Origin: Paragordius varius
Taxonomy: Eukaryota; Animalia; Nematomorpha
Reading direction: 5' to 3'
Assembly (NCBI GenBank): GCA_964247055.1
Contig: OZ176052.1
Coordinates: forward strand, 12,958,001 to 13,022,000
Length of the DNA: 64,000 nt
Positions 24,701 to 40,800 of the stretch are shown one piece after another. The notes beneath the pieces are model-generated. The model had not been told where the DNA came from. It worked only from the letters and a program-made list of their open reading frames with translations, and did not search any database. Within the stretch, counting starts at the first letter, position 1, and every line of letters begins with the position of its first letter. Position numbers and translations under genes: made by a program.

Positions 24701-27700
24701 AATACTCAAGTTAAACTTTGTCCTTAAAAATCGGATATTGGTCACCGGTGAACAAAATTATTTTTTATATATTCTCTTAGTAAGACGACATCAAAATATA
24801 GAGATAGTTTGGCAAACTGTTTCATATCCGATTTTTACAACGATACTTTAAAAATTAATGTATAAAACTAGGCGTATCAATAAATCGCATCAATACTCAA
24901 GTTAAACTTTGTCCTTAAAAATCGGATATTGGTCACCGTTGAACAAAATTAATTTTTATACATTCTCTTAGTAGGACTACATCAAAATATAGAGATAGTT
25001 TGGCAAACTGTTGCATATCCGATTTTTACAACGATACTTTAAAAATTAATGTATAAAACTAGTCGCATCAATACTCAAGTTAAACTTTGTCCTTAAAAAT
25101 CGAATATTAATCACCGGTGAACAAAATTATTTTTTATACATTCTCTTAGTAAGACTACATCAAAATATAGATATAGTTTGACAAACTCTTTCATATACGA
25201 TTTTTAAAACGATACTTTAAAAATTAATGTATAAAACTAGGCGTATCAATAAATCGCATCAATACTCAAGTTAAACTTTGTCCTTAAAAATCGGATATTG
25301 GTCACCGGTGAACAAATTTAATTTTTATACATTCTCTTAGTAGGACTACATCAAAATATAGAGATAGTTTAGCAAACTGTTTCATATCCGATTTTTACAA
25401 CGATACTTTAAAAATTAATGTATAAAACTAGTCGCATCAATACTCAAGTTAAACTTTGTCCTTAAAAATCGAATATTGGTCACCGGTGAACAAAATTATT
25501 TTTTATACATTCTCTTAGTAAGACTACATCAAAATATAGAAATAGTTTGACAAACTCTTTCATATCCGATTTTTACAACGATACTTCAAAAATTATGGTA
25601 TTAAACCAGTCGCATCAATACTAAAGTTAAACTTTGTCTTTAAACATCGGATATTTGTCACCGGTGAACAAAATTATTTTTTATACATTCTCTTAGTAAG
25701 ACTACATCAAAATATAGAAATAGTTTGACAAACTCTTTCATATCCGATTTTTACAACGATACTTTAAAAATTAATGTATTAAACTAGTCGCATCAATACT
25801 CAAGTTAAACTTTGTCCTTAAAAATCGGATATTGGTCACCGGTGAAGAAATTAATTTTTTTTTATACATTCTCTTAGTAAGACTACATCAAAATATAGAA
25901 ATAGTTTGACAAATTCTTTCATATCCGATTTTTAAAACGATACTTTAAAAATTAATGTATTAAACTAGTCGCATCAATACCTAAGTTAAACTTTGTCCTT
26001 AAAAATCGGATATTGGTCACCGGTGAACAAAATAATTTTTTATACATTCTCTTAGTAAGACTACATCAAAATATAGAAATAGTTTGACAAACTCTTTCAT
26101 ATCCGATTTTTACAACGATACTTTAAAAATTAATGTATTAAACTAGTCGCATCAATACTCAAGTTAAACTTTGTCCTTAAAAATCGGATATTGGTCACCG
26201 GTGAACAAAATTATTTTTTATACATTCTCTTAGTTGGACTACATCAAAATATAGAGATAGTTTGGCAAACTGTTTCATATCCGATTTTTACAACGATACT
26301 TTAAAAATTAATGTATAAAACTAGGTGTATCAATAAATGGAATCAATACTCAAGTTAAACTTTGTCCTTAAAAATCGGATATTGGTCACCGGTGAACAAA
26401 ATTAATTTTTATACATTCTCTTAGTAGGACTACATTAAAATAAAGAGATAGTTTGGCAAACTGTTTCATATCCGATTTTTACAACGATACTTTAAAAATT
26501 AATGTATAAAACTAGTAGTATCAATACTCAAGTTAAACTTTGTCCTTAAAAATCGAATATTGGTCACCGGTGAACAAAATTATTTTTTAAATATTCTCTT
26601 AGTAAGACTACATCAAAATATAGAAATAGTTTGACAAACTCTTTCATATACGATTTTTAAAACGATACTTTAAAAATTAATGTATAAAACTAGTCGCATC
26701 AATACTCAAGTTAAACTTTGTCCTTAAAAATCGAATATTGGTCACCGGTGAACAAAATTATTTTTTAAATATTCTCTTAGTAAGACTACATCAAAATATA
26801 GAAATAGTTTGACAAATTCTTTCATATCCGATTTTTAAAACGATACTTTAAAAATTAATGTATTAAACTAGTCGCATCAATACCTAAGTTAAACTTTGTC
26901 CTTAAAAATCGGATATTGGTCACCGGTGAACAAAATAATTTTTTATACATTCTCTTAGTAAGACTACATCAAAATATAGAAATAGTTTGACAAACTCTTT
27001 CATATCCGATTTTTACAACGATACTTTAAAAATTAATGTATTAAACTAGTCGCATCAATACTCAAGTTAAACTTTGTCCTTAAAAATCGGATATTGGTCA
27101 CCGGTGAACAAAATTATTTTTTATACATTCTCTTAGTTGGACTACATCAAAATATAGAGATAGTTTGGCAAACTGTTTCATATCCGATTTTTACAACGAT
27201 ACTTTAAAAATTAATGTATAAAACTAGGTGTATCAATAAATGGAATCAATACTCAAGTTAAACTTTGTCCTTAAAAATCGGATATTGGTCACCGGTGAAC
27301 AAAATTAATTTTTATACATTCTCTTAGTAGGACTACATTAAAATAAAGAGATAGTTTGGCAAACTGTTTCATATCCGATTTTTACAACGATACTTTAAAA
27401 ATTAATGTATAAAACTAGTCGCATCAATACTCAAGTTAAACTTTGTCCTTAAAAATCGAATATTGGTCACCGGTGAACAAAATTATTTTTTAAATATTCT
27501 CTTAGTAAGACTACATCAAAATATAGAAATAGTTTGACAAACTCTTTCATATACGATTTTTAAAACGATACTTTAAAAATTAATGTATTAAACTAGTCGC
27601 ATCAATATTCAAGTTAAACTTTGTCCTTAAAAATCGAATATTGGTCACCGGTGAACAAAATTATTTTTTATACATTCTCTTAGTAAGACTACATCAAAAT

Positions 27701-30100
27701 ATAGAAATAGTTTGACAAACTCTTTCATATCCGATTTTTACAACGATACTTCAAAAATTATGGTATTAAACCAGTCGCATCAATACTCAAGTTAAACTTT
27801 GTCTTTAAACATCGGATATTTGTCACCGGTGAACAAAATTATTTTTTATACATTCTCTTAGTAGGACTACATCAAAATATAGAGATAGTTTGGCAAACTG
27901 TTTCATATCCGATTTTTACAACGATACTTTAAAAATTAATGTATAAAACTAGTCGCATCAATACTCAAGTTAAACTTTGTCCTTAAAAATCGGATATTGG
28001 TCACCGGTGAAGAAATTAATTTTTTTTTATACATTCTCTTAGTAAGACTACATCAAAATATAGAAATAGTTTGACAAATTCTTTCATATCCGATTTTTAA
28101 AACGATACTTTAAAAATTAATGTATTAAACTAGTCGCATCAATACCTAAGTTAAACTTTGTCCTTAAAAATCGGATATTGGTCACCGGTGAACAAAATAA
28201 TTTTTTATACATTCTCTTAGTAAGACTACATCAAAATATAGAAATAGTTTGACAAACTCTTTCATATCCGATTTTTACAACGATACTTTAAAAATTAATG
28301 TATTAAACTAGTCGCATCAATACTCAAGTTAAACTTTGTCCTTAAAAATCGAATATTGGTCACCGGTGAACAAAATTATTTTTTATACATTCTCTTAGTA
28401 GGACGACATCAAAATATAGAGATAGTTTGGCAAACTGTTTCATATCCGATTTTTACAACGATACTTTAAAAATTAATGTATAAAACTAGGCGTATCTATA
28501 AATCGCATCAATACTCAAGTTAAACTTTGTCCTTAAAAATCGGATATTGGTCACCGGTGAACAAAATTAATTTTTATACATTCTCTTAGTAGGACTACAT
28601 CAAAATATAGAGATAGTTTGGCAAACTGTTGCATATCCGATTTTTACAACGATACTTTAAAAATTAATGTATAAAACTAGTCGCATCAATACTCAAGTTA
28701 AACTTTGTCCTTAAAAATCGAATATTAATCACCGGTGAACAAAATTATTTTTTATACATTCTCTTAGTAAGACTACATCAAAATATAGATATAGTTTGAC
28801 AAACTCTTTCATATACGATTTTTAAAACGATACTTTAAAAATTAATGTATAAAACTAGGCGTATCAATAAATCGCATCAATACTCAAGTTAAACTTTGTC
28901 CTTAAAAATCGGATATTGGTCACCGGTGAACAAATTTAATTTTTATACATTCTCTTAGTAGGACTACATCAAAATATAGAGATAGTTTAGCAAACTGTTT
29001 CATATCCGATTTTTACAACGATACTTTAAAAATTAATGTATAAAACTAGTCGCATCAATACTCAAGTTAAACTTTGTCCTTAAAAATCGAATATTGGTCA
29101 CCGGTGAACAAAATTATTTTTTATACATTCTCTTAGTAAGACTACATCAAAATATAGAAATAGTTTGAAAAACTCTTTCATATCCGATTTTTACAACGAT
29201 ACTTCAAAAATTATGGTATTAAACCAGTCGCATCAATACTCAAGTTAAACTTTGTCTTTAAACATCGGATATTTGTCACCGGTGAACAAAATTATTTTTT
29301 ATACATTCTCTTAGTAAGACTACATCAAAATATAGAAATAGTTTGACAAACTCTTTCATATCCGATTTTTACAACGATACTTTAAAAATTAATGTATTAA
29401 ACTAGTCGCATCAATACTCAAGTTAAACTTTGTCCTTAAATATCGGATATTGGTCACCGGTGAAGAAATTAATTTTTTTTTATACATTCTCTTAGTAAGA
29501 CTACATCAAAATATAGAAATAGTTTGACAAATTCTTTCATATCCGATTTTTAAAACGATACTTTAAAAATTAATGTATTAAACTAGTCGCATCAATACCT
29601 AAGTTAAACTTTGTCCTTAAAAATCGGATATTGGTCACCGGTGAACAAAATAATTTTTTATACATTCTCTTAGTAAGACTACATCAAAATATAGAAATAG
29701 TTTGACAAACTCTTTCATATCCGATTTTTACAACGATACTTTAAAAATTAATGTATTAAACTAGTCGCATCAATACTCAAGTTAAACTTTGTCCTTAAAA
29801 ATCGGATATTGGTCACCGGTGAACAAAATTATTTTTTATACATTCTCTTAGTTGGACTACATCAAAATATAGAGATAGTTTGGCAAACTGTTTCATATCC
29901 GATTTTTACAACGATACTTTAAAAATTAATGTATAAAACTAGGTGTATCAATAAATGGAATCAATACTCAAGTTAAACTTTGTCCTTAAAAATCGGATAT
30001 TGGTCACCGGTGAACAAAATTAATTTTTATACATTCTCTTAGTAGGACTACATTAAAATAAAGAGATAGTTTGGCAAACTGTTTCATATCCGATTTTTAC
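21800..30100 (+). repeat. Higher-order repeat: 8-monomer unit of about 1,450 bp, three tandem copies (about 21.8-26.2 kb) plus a fourth at about 28.3-29.8 kb, with a 903-bp 5-mer duplication between
   Basis: CTGTTGCATAT at 22112/23565/25013/28631; GAATATTAATC at 22208/23661/25109/28727; GAAGAAATT at 22946/24394/25847/28012/29465; TAGTTGGAC at 26235/27138/29853. Confidence 0.9.
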
Positions 30101-30349
30101 AACGATACTTTAAAAATTAATGTATAAAACTAGTCGCATCAATACTCAAGTTAAACTTTGTCCTTAAAAATCGAATATTGGTCACCGGTGAACAAAATTA
30201 TTTTTTAAATATTCTCTTAGTAAGACTACATCAAAATATAGAAATAGTTTGACAAACTCTTTCATATACGATTTTTAAAACGATACTTTAAAAATTAATG
30301 TATTAAACTAGTCGCATCAATATTCAAGTTAAACTTTGTCCTTAAAAAT

Positions 30350-32300
30350 CGGATATTGGTCACCGGTGAACAAAATAATTTTTTATACATTCTCTTAGTA
30401 AGACTACATCAAAATATAGAAATAGTTTGACAAACTCTTTCATATCCGATTTTTACAACGATACTTTAAAAATTAATGTATTAAACTAGTCGCATCAATA
30501 CTCTAGTTAAACTTTGTCCTTAAAAATCGAATATTGGTCACCGGTGAACAAAATTATTTTTTATACATACTCTTAGTAAGACTATATCAAAATATAGAGA
30601 TAAAACGACAAACTCTTTCATATCCGATTTTTACAACGATACTTTAAAAATTAATGTATAAAACTAGGCGTATCAATAAATCGCATCAATACTCAAGTTA
30701 AACTTTGTCCTTAAAAATCGGATATTGGTCACCGGTGAACAAAATTAATTTTTATACATTCTCTTAGTAGGACTACATCAAAATATAGAGATAGTTTGGC
30801 AAACTGTTTCATATCCGATTTTTACAACGATACTTTAAAAATTAATGTATAAAACTAGTCGCATCAATACTCAAGTTAAACTTTGTCCTTAAAAATCGAA
30901 TATTGGTCACCGGTGAACAAAATTATTTTTTATACATTCTCTTAGTAAGACTACATCAAAATATAGAAATAGTTTAACAAACTCTTTCATATCCGATTTT
31001 TAAAACGATACTTTAAAAATTAATGTATTAAACTAGTTGCATCAATACCTAAGTTAAACTTTGTCCTTAAAAATCGGATATTGGTCACCGGTGAACAAAA
31101 TTAATTTTTATACATTCTCTTAGTAGGACTACATTAAAATATAGAGATAGTTTGGCAAACTGTTTCATATCCGATTTTTACAACGATACTTTAAAAATTA
31201 ATGTATAAAACTAGGTGTATCAATAAATCGCATCAATACTCAAGTTAAACTTTGTCCTTAAAAATCGGATATTGGTCACCGGTGAACAAAATTAATTTTT
31301 ATACATTCTCTTAAGGACTACATCAAAATATAGAGATAGTTTGGCAAACTGTTTCATATTCGATTTTTACAACGATACTTCAAAAATTATGGTATTAAAC
31401 CAGTCGCATCAATACTCAAGTTAAACTTTGTCCTTAAAAATCGGATATTGGTCACCGGTGAACAAAATAATTTTTTATACATTCTCTTAGTAAGACTACA
31501 TCAAAATATAGAAATAGTTTGACAAACTCTTTCATATCCGATTTTTACAACGATACTTTAAAAATTAATGTATTAAACTAGTCGCATCAATACTCTAGTT
31601 AAACTTTGTCCTTAAAAATCGAATATTGGTCACCGGTGAACAAAATTATTTTTTATACATACTCTTAGTAAGACTACATCAAAATATAGAGATAAAACGA
31701 CAAACTCTTTCATATCCGATTTTTACAACGATACTTTAAAAATTAATGTATAAAACTAGGCGTATCAATAAATCGCATCAATACTCAAGTTAAACTTTGT
31801 CCTTAAAAATCGGATATTGGTCACCGGTGAACAAAATTAATTTTTATACATTCTCTTAGTAGGACTACATCAAAATATAGAGATAGTTTGGCAAACTGTT
31901 TCATATCCGATTTTTACAACGATACTTTAAAAATTAATGTATAAAACTAGTCGCATCAATACTCAAGTTAAACTTTGTCCTTAAAAATCGAATATTGGTC
32001 ACCGGTGAACAAAATTATTTTTTATACATTCTCTTAGTAAGACTACATCAAAATATAGAAATAGTTTAACAAACTCTTTCATATCCGATTTTTAAAACGA
32101 TACTTTAAAAATTAATGTATTAAACTAGTTGCATCAATACCTAAGTTAAACTTTGTCCTTAAAAATCGGATATTGGTCACCGGTGAACAAAATTAATTTT
32201 TATACATTCTCTTAGTAGGACTACATTAAAATATAGAGATAGTTTGGCAAACTGTTTCATATCCGATTTTTACAACGATACTTTAAAAATTAATGTATTA
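30350..32300 (+). repeat. Higher-order repeat: 6-monomer unit, period 1,092 bp
   Basis: GATAAAACGAC at 30601/31693; GTTTAACAAA and TAGTTGCATC each recur once at the same offset. Confidence 0.82.
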
Positions 32301-35300
32301 AACTAGTCGCATCAATACTCAAGTTAAACTTTGTCCTTAAAAATCGGATATTGGTCACCGGTGAACAAAATAATTTTTTATACATTCTCTTAGTAAGACT
32401 ACATCAAAATATAGAAATAGTTTGACAAACTCTTTCATATCCGATTTTTACAACGATACTTTAAAAATTATGGTATTAAAGCAGTCGCATCAATACCTAA
32501 GTTAAACTTTGTCCTTAAAAATCGGATATTGGTCACCGGTGAACAAAATTAATTTTTATACATTCTCTTAGTAGGACTACATCAAAATATAGAGATAGTT
32601 TGGCAAACTGTTTCATATCCGATTTTTACAACGATACTTTAAAAATTAATGTATAAAACTAGTCGCATCAATACTCAAGTTAAACTTTGTCCTTAAAAAT
32701 CGAATATTGGTCACCGGTGAACAAAATTATTTTTTATACATTCTCTTAGTAAGACTACATCAAAATATAGAAATAGTTTGACAAACTCTTTCATATCCGA
32801 TTTTTACAACGATACTTTAAAAATTAATGTATTAAACTAGTCGCATCAATACTCAAGTTAAACTTTGTCCTTAAAAATCGGATATTGGTCACCGGTGAAC
32901 AAAATTATTTTTTATACATTCTCTTAGTAGGACTACATCAAAATATAGAGATAGTTTGGCAAACTGTTTCATATCCGATTTTTACAACGATACTTTAAAA
33001 ACTAATGTATAAAACTAGGCGTATCAATAAATCGCATCAATACTCAAGTTAAACTTTGTCCTTAAAAATCGGATATTGGTCACCGGTGAACAAAATTAAT
33101 TTTTATACATTCTCTTAGTAAGACTACATCAAAATATAGAGATAGTTTGGCAAACTGTTTCATATCCGATTTTTACAACGATACTTTAAAAATTAATGTA
33201 TAAAACTAGACGCATCAATACTCAAGTTATACTTTGTCCTTAAAAATCGAATATTGGTCACCGGTGAACAAAATTATTTTTTATACATTCTCTTAGTAAG
33301 ACTACATCAAAATATAGAAATAGTTTGACAAACTCTTTCATATCCGATTTTTACAACGATACTTCAAAAATTATGGTAATAAACCAGTCGCATCAATACT
33401 CAAGTTAAACTTTGTCCTTAAAAATCGGATATTTGTCACCGGTGAACAAAATTAGTTTTTATACATTCTCTTAGTAAGACTACATCAAAAGATAGAAATA
33501 GTTTGACAAACTCTTTCATATCCGATTTTTACAACGATACTTTAAATATTAATGTATAAAACTAGGTGTATCAATAAATCGCATCAATACTCAAGTTAAA
33601 CTTTGTCCTTAAAAATCGGATATTGGTCACCGGTGAACAAAATTATTTTTTATACATTCTCTTAGTAAGACTACATCAAAAGATAGAAATAGTTTGACAA
33701 ACTCTTTCATATCCGATTTTTACAACGATACTTTAAAAATTAATGTATAAAACTAGTCGCATCAATACTCAAGTTAAACTTTGTCCTTAAAAATCGAATA
33801 TTGGTCACCGGTGAACAAAATTATTTTTTAAATATTCTCTTAGTAAGACTACATCAAAATATAGAAATAGTTTGACAAACTCTTTCATATCCGATTTTTA
33901 AAACGATACTTTAAAAATTAATGTATTAAACTAGTCGCATCAATACTCAAGTTAAACTTTGTCCTTAAAAATCGGATATTGGTCACCGGTGAACAAAATA
34001 ATTTTTTATACATTCTCTTAGTAAGACTACATCAAAATATAGAAATAGTTTGACAAACTCTTTCATATCCGATTTTTACAACGATACTTTAAAAATTAAT
34101 GTATTAAACTAGTCGCATCAATACTCTAGTTAAACTTTGTCCTTAAAAATCGAATATTGGTCACCGGTGAACAAAATTATTTTTTATACATACTCTTAGT
34201 AAGACTACATCAAAATATAGAGATAAAACGACAAACTCTTTCATATCCGATTTTTACAACGATACTTTAAAAACTAATGTATAAAACTAGGCGTATCAAT
34301 AAATCGCATCAATACTTAAGTTAAACTTTGTCCTTAAAAATCGGATATTAGTCACCGGTGAACAAAATTAATTTTTATACATTCTCTTAGTAAGACTACA
34401 TCAAAATATAGAGATAGTTTGGCAAACTGTTTCATATCCGATTTTTATAACGACACTTTTAAAATTAATGTATAAAACTAGACGCATCAATACTCAAGTT
34501 AAACTTTGTCCTTAAAAATCGGATATTGGTCACCGGTGAACAAAATTATTTTTTATACATTCTCTTAGTAGGACTACATCAAAATATAGAGATAGTTTGG
34601 CAAACTGTTTCATATCCGATTTTTACAACGATACTTTAAAAATTAATGTATAAAACTAGGTGTATCAATAAATCGCATCAATACTCAAGTTAAACTTTGT
34701 CCTTAAAAATCGGATATTGGTCACCGGTGAACAAAATTAATTTTTATACATTCTCTTAGTAGGACTACATTAAAATATAGAGATAGTTTGGCAAACTGTT
34801 TCATATCCGATTTTTACAACGATACTTTAAAAATTAATGTATTAAACTAGTCGCATCAATACTCAAGTTAAACTTTGTCCTTAAAAATCGGATATTGGTC
34901 ACCGGTGAACAAAATAATTTTTTATACATTCTCTTAGTAAGACTACATCAAAATATAGAAATAGTTTGACAAACTCTTTCATATCCGATTTTTACAACGA
35001 TACTTTGAAAATTATGGTATTAAAGCAGTCGCATCAATACCTAAGTTAAACTTTGTCCTTAAAAATCGGATATTGGTCACCGGTGAACAAAATTAATTTT
35101 TACACATTCTCTTAGTAGGACTACATCAAAATATAGAGATAGTTTGGCAAACTGTTTCATATCCGATTTTTACAACGATACTTTAAAAATTAATGTATAA
35201 AACTAGTCGCATCAATACTCAAGTTAAACTTTGTCCTTAAAAATCGAATATTGGTCACCGGTGAACAAAATTATTTTTTATACATTCTCTTAGTAAGACT

Positions 35301-36799
35301 ACATCAAAATATAGAAATAGTTTGACAAACTGTTTCATATCCGATTTTTAAAACGATACTTTAAAAATTAATGTATTAAACTAGTCGCATCAATACTCAA
35401 GTTAAACTTTGTCCTTAAAAATCGGATATTGGTCACCGGTGAACAAAATAATTTTTTATACATTCTCTTAGTAAGACTACATCAAAATATAGAGATAGTT
35501 TGGCAAACTGTTTCATATCCGATTTTTACAACGATACTTTAAAAATTAATGTATAAAACTAGTCGCATCAATGCTCAAGTTAAACTTTGTCCTTAGAAAT
35601 CGAATATTGGTCACCGGTGAACAAAATTATTTTTTATACATTCTCTTAGTAAGACTACATCAAAATATAGAAATAGTTTGACAAACTCTTTCATATCCGA
35701 TTTTTACAACGATACTTTAAAAATTAATGTATTAAACTAGTCGCATCAATACTCAAGTTAAACTTTGTCCTTAAAAATCGGATATTGGTCACCGGTGAAC
35801 AAAATTATTTTTTATACATTCTCTTAGTAGGACTACATCAAAATATAGAGATAGTTTGGCAAACTGTTTCATATCCGATTTTTACAACGATACTTTAAAA
35901 ACTAATGTATAAAACTAGGCGTATCAATAAATCGCATCAATACTCAAGTTAAACTTTGTCCTTAAAAATCGGATATTGGTCACCGGTGAACAAAATTAAT
36001 TTTTATACATTCTCTTAGTAAGACTACATCAAAATATAGAGATAGTTTGGCAAACTGTTTCATATCCGATTTTTACAACGATACTTTAAAAATTAATGTA
36101 TAAAACTAGACGCATCAATACTCAAGTTATACTTTGTCCTTAAAAATCGAATATTGGTCACCGGTGAACAAAATTATTTTTTATACATTCTCTTAGTAAG
36201 ACTACATCAAAATATAGAGATAGTTTGGCAAACTGTTTCATATCCGATTTTTATAACGACACTTTTAAAATTAATGTATAAAACTAGACGCATCAATACT
36301 CAAGTTAAACTTTGTCCTTAAAAATCGGATATTGGTCACCGGTGAACAAAATTATTTTTTATACATTCTCTTAGTAGGACTACATCAAAATATAGAGATA
36401 GTTTGGCAAACTGTTTCATATCCGATTTTTACAACGATACTTTAAAAATTAATGGATAAAACTAGGTGTATCAATAAATCGCATCAATACTCAAGTTAAA
36501 CTTTGTCCTTAAAAATCGGATATTGGTCACCGGTGAACAAAATCAATTTTTATACATTCTCTTAGTAAGACTACATCAAAATATAGAGATAGTTTGGCAA
36601 ACTGTTTCATATCCGATTTTTATAACGACACTTTTAAAATTAATGTATAAAACTAGACGCATCAATACTCAAGTTAAACTTTGTCCTTAAAAATCGGATA
36701 TTGGTCACCGGTGAACAAAATTATTTTTTATACATTCTCTTAGTAGGACTACATCAAAATATAGAGATAGTTTGGCAAACTGTTTCATATCCGATTTTT

Positions 36800-39700
36800 A
36801 CAACGATACTTTAAAAATTAATGTATAAAACTAGGTGTATCAATAAATCGCATCAATACTCAAGTTAAACTTTGTCCTTAAAAATCGGATATTGGTCACC
36901 GGTGAACAAAATTAATTTTTATACATTCTCTTAGTAGGACTACATTAAAATATAGAGATAGTTTGGCAAACTGTTTCATATCCGATTTTTACAACGATAC
37001 TTTAAAAATTAATGTATTAAACTAGTCGCATCAATACTCAAGTTAAACTTTGTCCTTAAAAATCGGATATTGGTCACCGGTGAACAAAATAATTTTTTAT
37101 ACATTCTCTTAGTAAGACTACATCAAAATATAGAAATAGTTTGACAAACTCTTTCATATCCGATTTTTACAACGATACTTTAAAAATTATGGTATTAAAG
37201 CAGTCGCATCAATACCTAAGTTAAACTTTGTCCTTAAAAATCGGATATTGGTCACCGGTGAACAAAATTAATTTTTATACATTCTCTTAGTAGGACTACA
37301 TCAAAATATAGAGATAGTTTGGCAAACTGTTTCATATCCGATTTTTACAACGATACTTTAAAAATTAATGTATAAAACTAGTCGCATCAATACTCAAGTT
37401 AAACTTTGTCCTTAAAAATCGAATATTGGTCACCGGTGAACAAAATTATTTTTTATACATTCTCTTAGTAAGACTACATCAAAATATAGAAATAGTTTGA
37501 CAAACTCTTTCATATCCGATTTTTACAACGATACTTTAAAAATTAATGTATTAAACTAGTCGCATCAATACTCAAGTTAAACTTTGTCCTTAAAAATCGG
37601 ATATTGGTCACCGGTGAACAAAATTATTTTTTATACATTCTCTTAGTACGACTACATCAAAATATAGAGATAGTTTGGCAAACTGTTTAATATCCGATTT
37701 TTACAACGATACTTTAAAAACTAATGTATAAAACTAGGCGTATCAATAAATCGCATCAAAACTCAAGTTAAACTTTGTCCTTAAAAATCGGATATTGGTC
37801 ACCGGTGAACAAAATTAATTTTTATACATTCTCTTAGTAAGACTACATCAAAATATAGAGATAGTTTGGCAAACTGTTTCATATCCGATTTTTACAACGA
37901 TACTTTAAAAATTAATGTATAAAACTAGACGCATCAATACTCAAGTTATACTTTGTCCTTAAAAATTGAATATTGGTCACCGGTGAACAAAATTATTTTT
38001 TATACATTCTCTTAGTAAGACTACATCAAAATATAGAAATAGTTTGACAAACTCTTTCATATCCGATTTTTACAACGATACTTCAAAAATTATGGTATTA
38101 AACCAGTCGCATCAATACTCAAGTTAAACTTTGTCCTTAAAAATCGGATATTGGTCACCGGTGAACAAAATTATTTTTTATACATTCTCTTAGTAAGACT
38201 ACATCAAAAGATAGAAATAGTTTGACAAACTCTTTCATATCCGATTTTTACAACGATACTTTAAAAATTAATGTATAAAACTAGTCGCATCAATACTCAA
38301 GTTAAACTTTGTCCTTAAAAATCGAATATTGGTCACCGGTGAACAAAATTATTTTTTAAATATTCTCTTAGTAAGACTACATCAAAATATAGAAATAGTT
38401 TGACAAACTCTTTCATATCCGATTTTTAAAACGATACTTTAAAAATTAATGTATTAAACTAGTCGCATCAATACTCAAGTTAAACTTTGTCCTTAAAAAT
38501 CGGATATTGGTCACCGGTGAACAAAATAATTTTTTATACATTCTCTTAGTAAGACTACATCAAAATATAGAAATAGTTTGACAAACTCTTTCATATCCGA
38601 TTTTTACAACGATACTTTAAAAATTAATGTATTAAACTAGTCGCATCAATACTCTAGTTAAACTTTGTCCTTAAAAATCGAATATTGGTCACCGGTGAAC
38701 AAAATTATTTTTTATACATACTCTTAGTAAGACTACATCAAAATATAGAGATAAAACGACAAACTCTTTCATATCCGATTTTTACAACGATACTTTAAAA
38801 ATTAATGTATAAAACTAGGTGTATCAATAAATCGCATCAATACTCAAGTTAAACTTTGTCCTTAAAAATCGGATATTGGTCACCGGTGAACAAAATTAAT
38901 TTTTATACATTCTCTTAGTAGGACTACATTAAAATATAGAGATAGTTTGGCAAACTGTTTCATATCCGATTTTTACAACGATACTTTAAAAATTAATGTA
39001 TTAAACTAGTCGCATCAATACTCAAGTTAAACTTTGTCCTTAAAAATCGGATATTGGTCACCGGTGAACAAAATAATTTTTTATACATTCTCTTAGTAAG
39101 ACTACATCAAAATATAGAAATAGTTTGACAAACTCTTTCATATCCGATTTTTACAACGATACTTTAAAAATTATGGTATTAAAGCAGTCGCATCAATACC
39201 TAAGTTAAACTTTGTCCTTAAAAATCGGATATTGGTCACCGGTGAACAAAATTAATTTTTATACATTCTCTTAGTAGGACTACATCAAAATATAGAGATA
39301 GTTTGGCAAACTGTTTCATATCCGATTTTTACAACGATACTTTAAAAATTAATGTATAAAACTAGTCGCATCAATACTCAAGTTAAACTTTGTCCTTAAA
39401 AATCGAATATTGGTCACCGGTGAACAAAATTATTTTTTATACATTCTCTTAGTAAGACTACATCAAAATATAGAAATAGTTTGACAAACTCTTTCATATC
39501 CGATTTTTACAACGATACTTTAAAAATTAATGTATTAAACTAGTCGCATCAATACTCAAGTTAAACTTTGTCCTTAAAAATCGGATATTGGTCACCGGTG
39601 AACAAAATTATTTTTTATACATTCTCTTAGTACGACTACATCAAAATATAGAGATAGTTTGGCAAACTGTTTAATATCCGATTTTTACAACGATACTTTA

Positions 39701-40800
39701 AAAACTAATGTATAAAACTAGGCGTATCAATAAATCGCATCAAAACTCAAGTTAAACTTTGTCCTTAAAAATCGGATATTGGTCACCGGTGAACAAAATT
39801 AATTTTTATACATTCTCTTAGTAAGACTACATCAAAATATAGAGATAGTTTGGCAAACTGTTTCATATCCGATTTTTACAACGATACTTTAAAAATTAAT
39901 GTATAAAACTAGACGCATCAATACTCAAGTTATACTTTGTCCTTAAAAATTGAATATTGGTCACCGGTGAACAAAATTATTTTTTATACATTCTCTTAGT
40001 AAGACTACATCAAAATATAGAAATAGTTTGACAAACTCTTTCATATCCGATTTTTACAACGATACTTCAAAAATTATGGTATTAAACCAGTCGCATCAAT
40101 ACTCAAGTTAAACTTTGTCCTTAAAAATCGGATATTGGTCACCGGTGAACAAAATTATTTTTTATACATTCTCTTAGTAAGACTACATCAAAAGATAGAA
40201 ATAGTTTGACAAACTCTTTCATATCCGATTTTTACAACGATACTTTAAAAATTAATGTATAAAACTAGTCGCATCAATACTCAAGTTAAACTTTGTCCTT
40301 AAAAATCGAATATTGGTCACCGGTGAACAAAATTATTTTTTAAATATTCTCTTAGTAAGACTACATCAAAATATAGAAATAGTTTGACAAACTCTTTCAT
40401 ATCCGATTTTTAAAACGATACTTTAAAAATTAATGTATTAAACTAGTCGCATCAATACTCAAGTTAAACTTTGTCCTTAAAAATCGGATATTGGTCACCG
40501 GTGAACAAAATAATTTTTTATACATTCTCTTAGTAAGACTACATCAAAATATAGAAATAGTTTGACAAACTCTTTCATATCCGATTTTTACAACGATACT
40601 TTAAAAATTAATGTATTAAACTAGTCGCATCAATACTCTAGTTAAACTTTGTCCTTAAAAATCGAATATTGGTCACCGGTGAACAAAATTATTTTTTATA
40701 CATACTCTTAGTAAGACTACATCAAAATATAGAGATAAAACGACAAACTCTTTCATATCCGATTTTTACAACGATACTTTAAAAATTAATGTATAAAACT
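36800..40800 (+). repeat. Higher-order repeat: 11-monomer unit, period 1,984 bp, two tandem copies
   Basis: TAGTACGAC 37649/39633; GATAAAACGAC 38752/40736; GTTTAATATCC and CATCAAAACTC also occur once in each copy. Confidence 0.9.
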
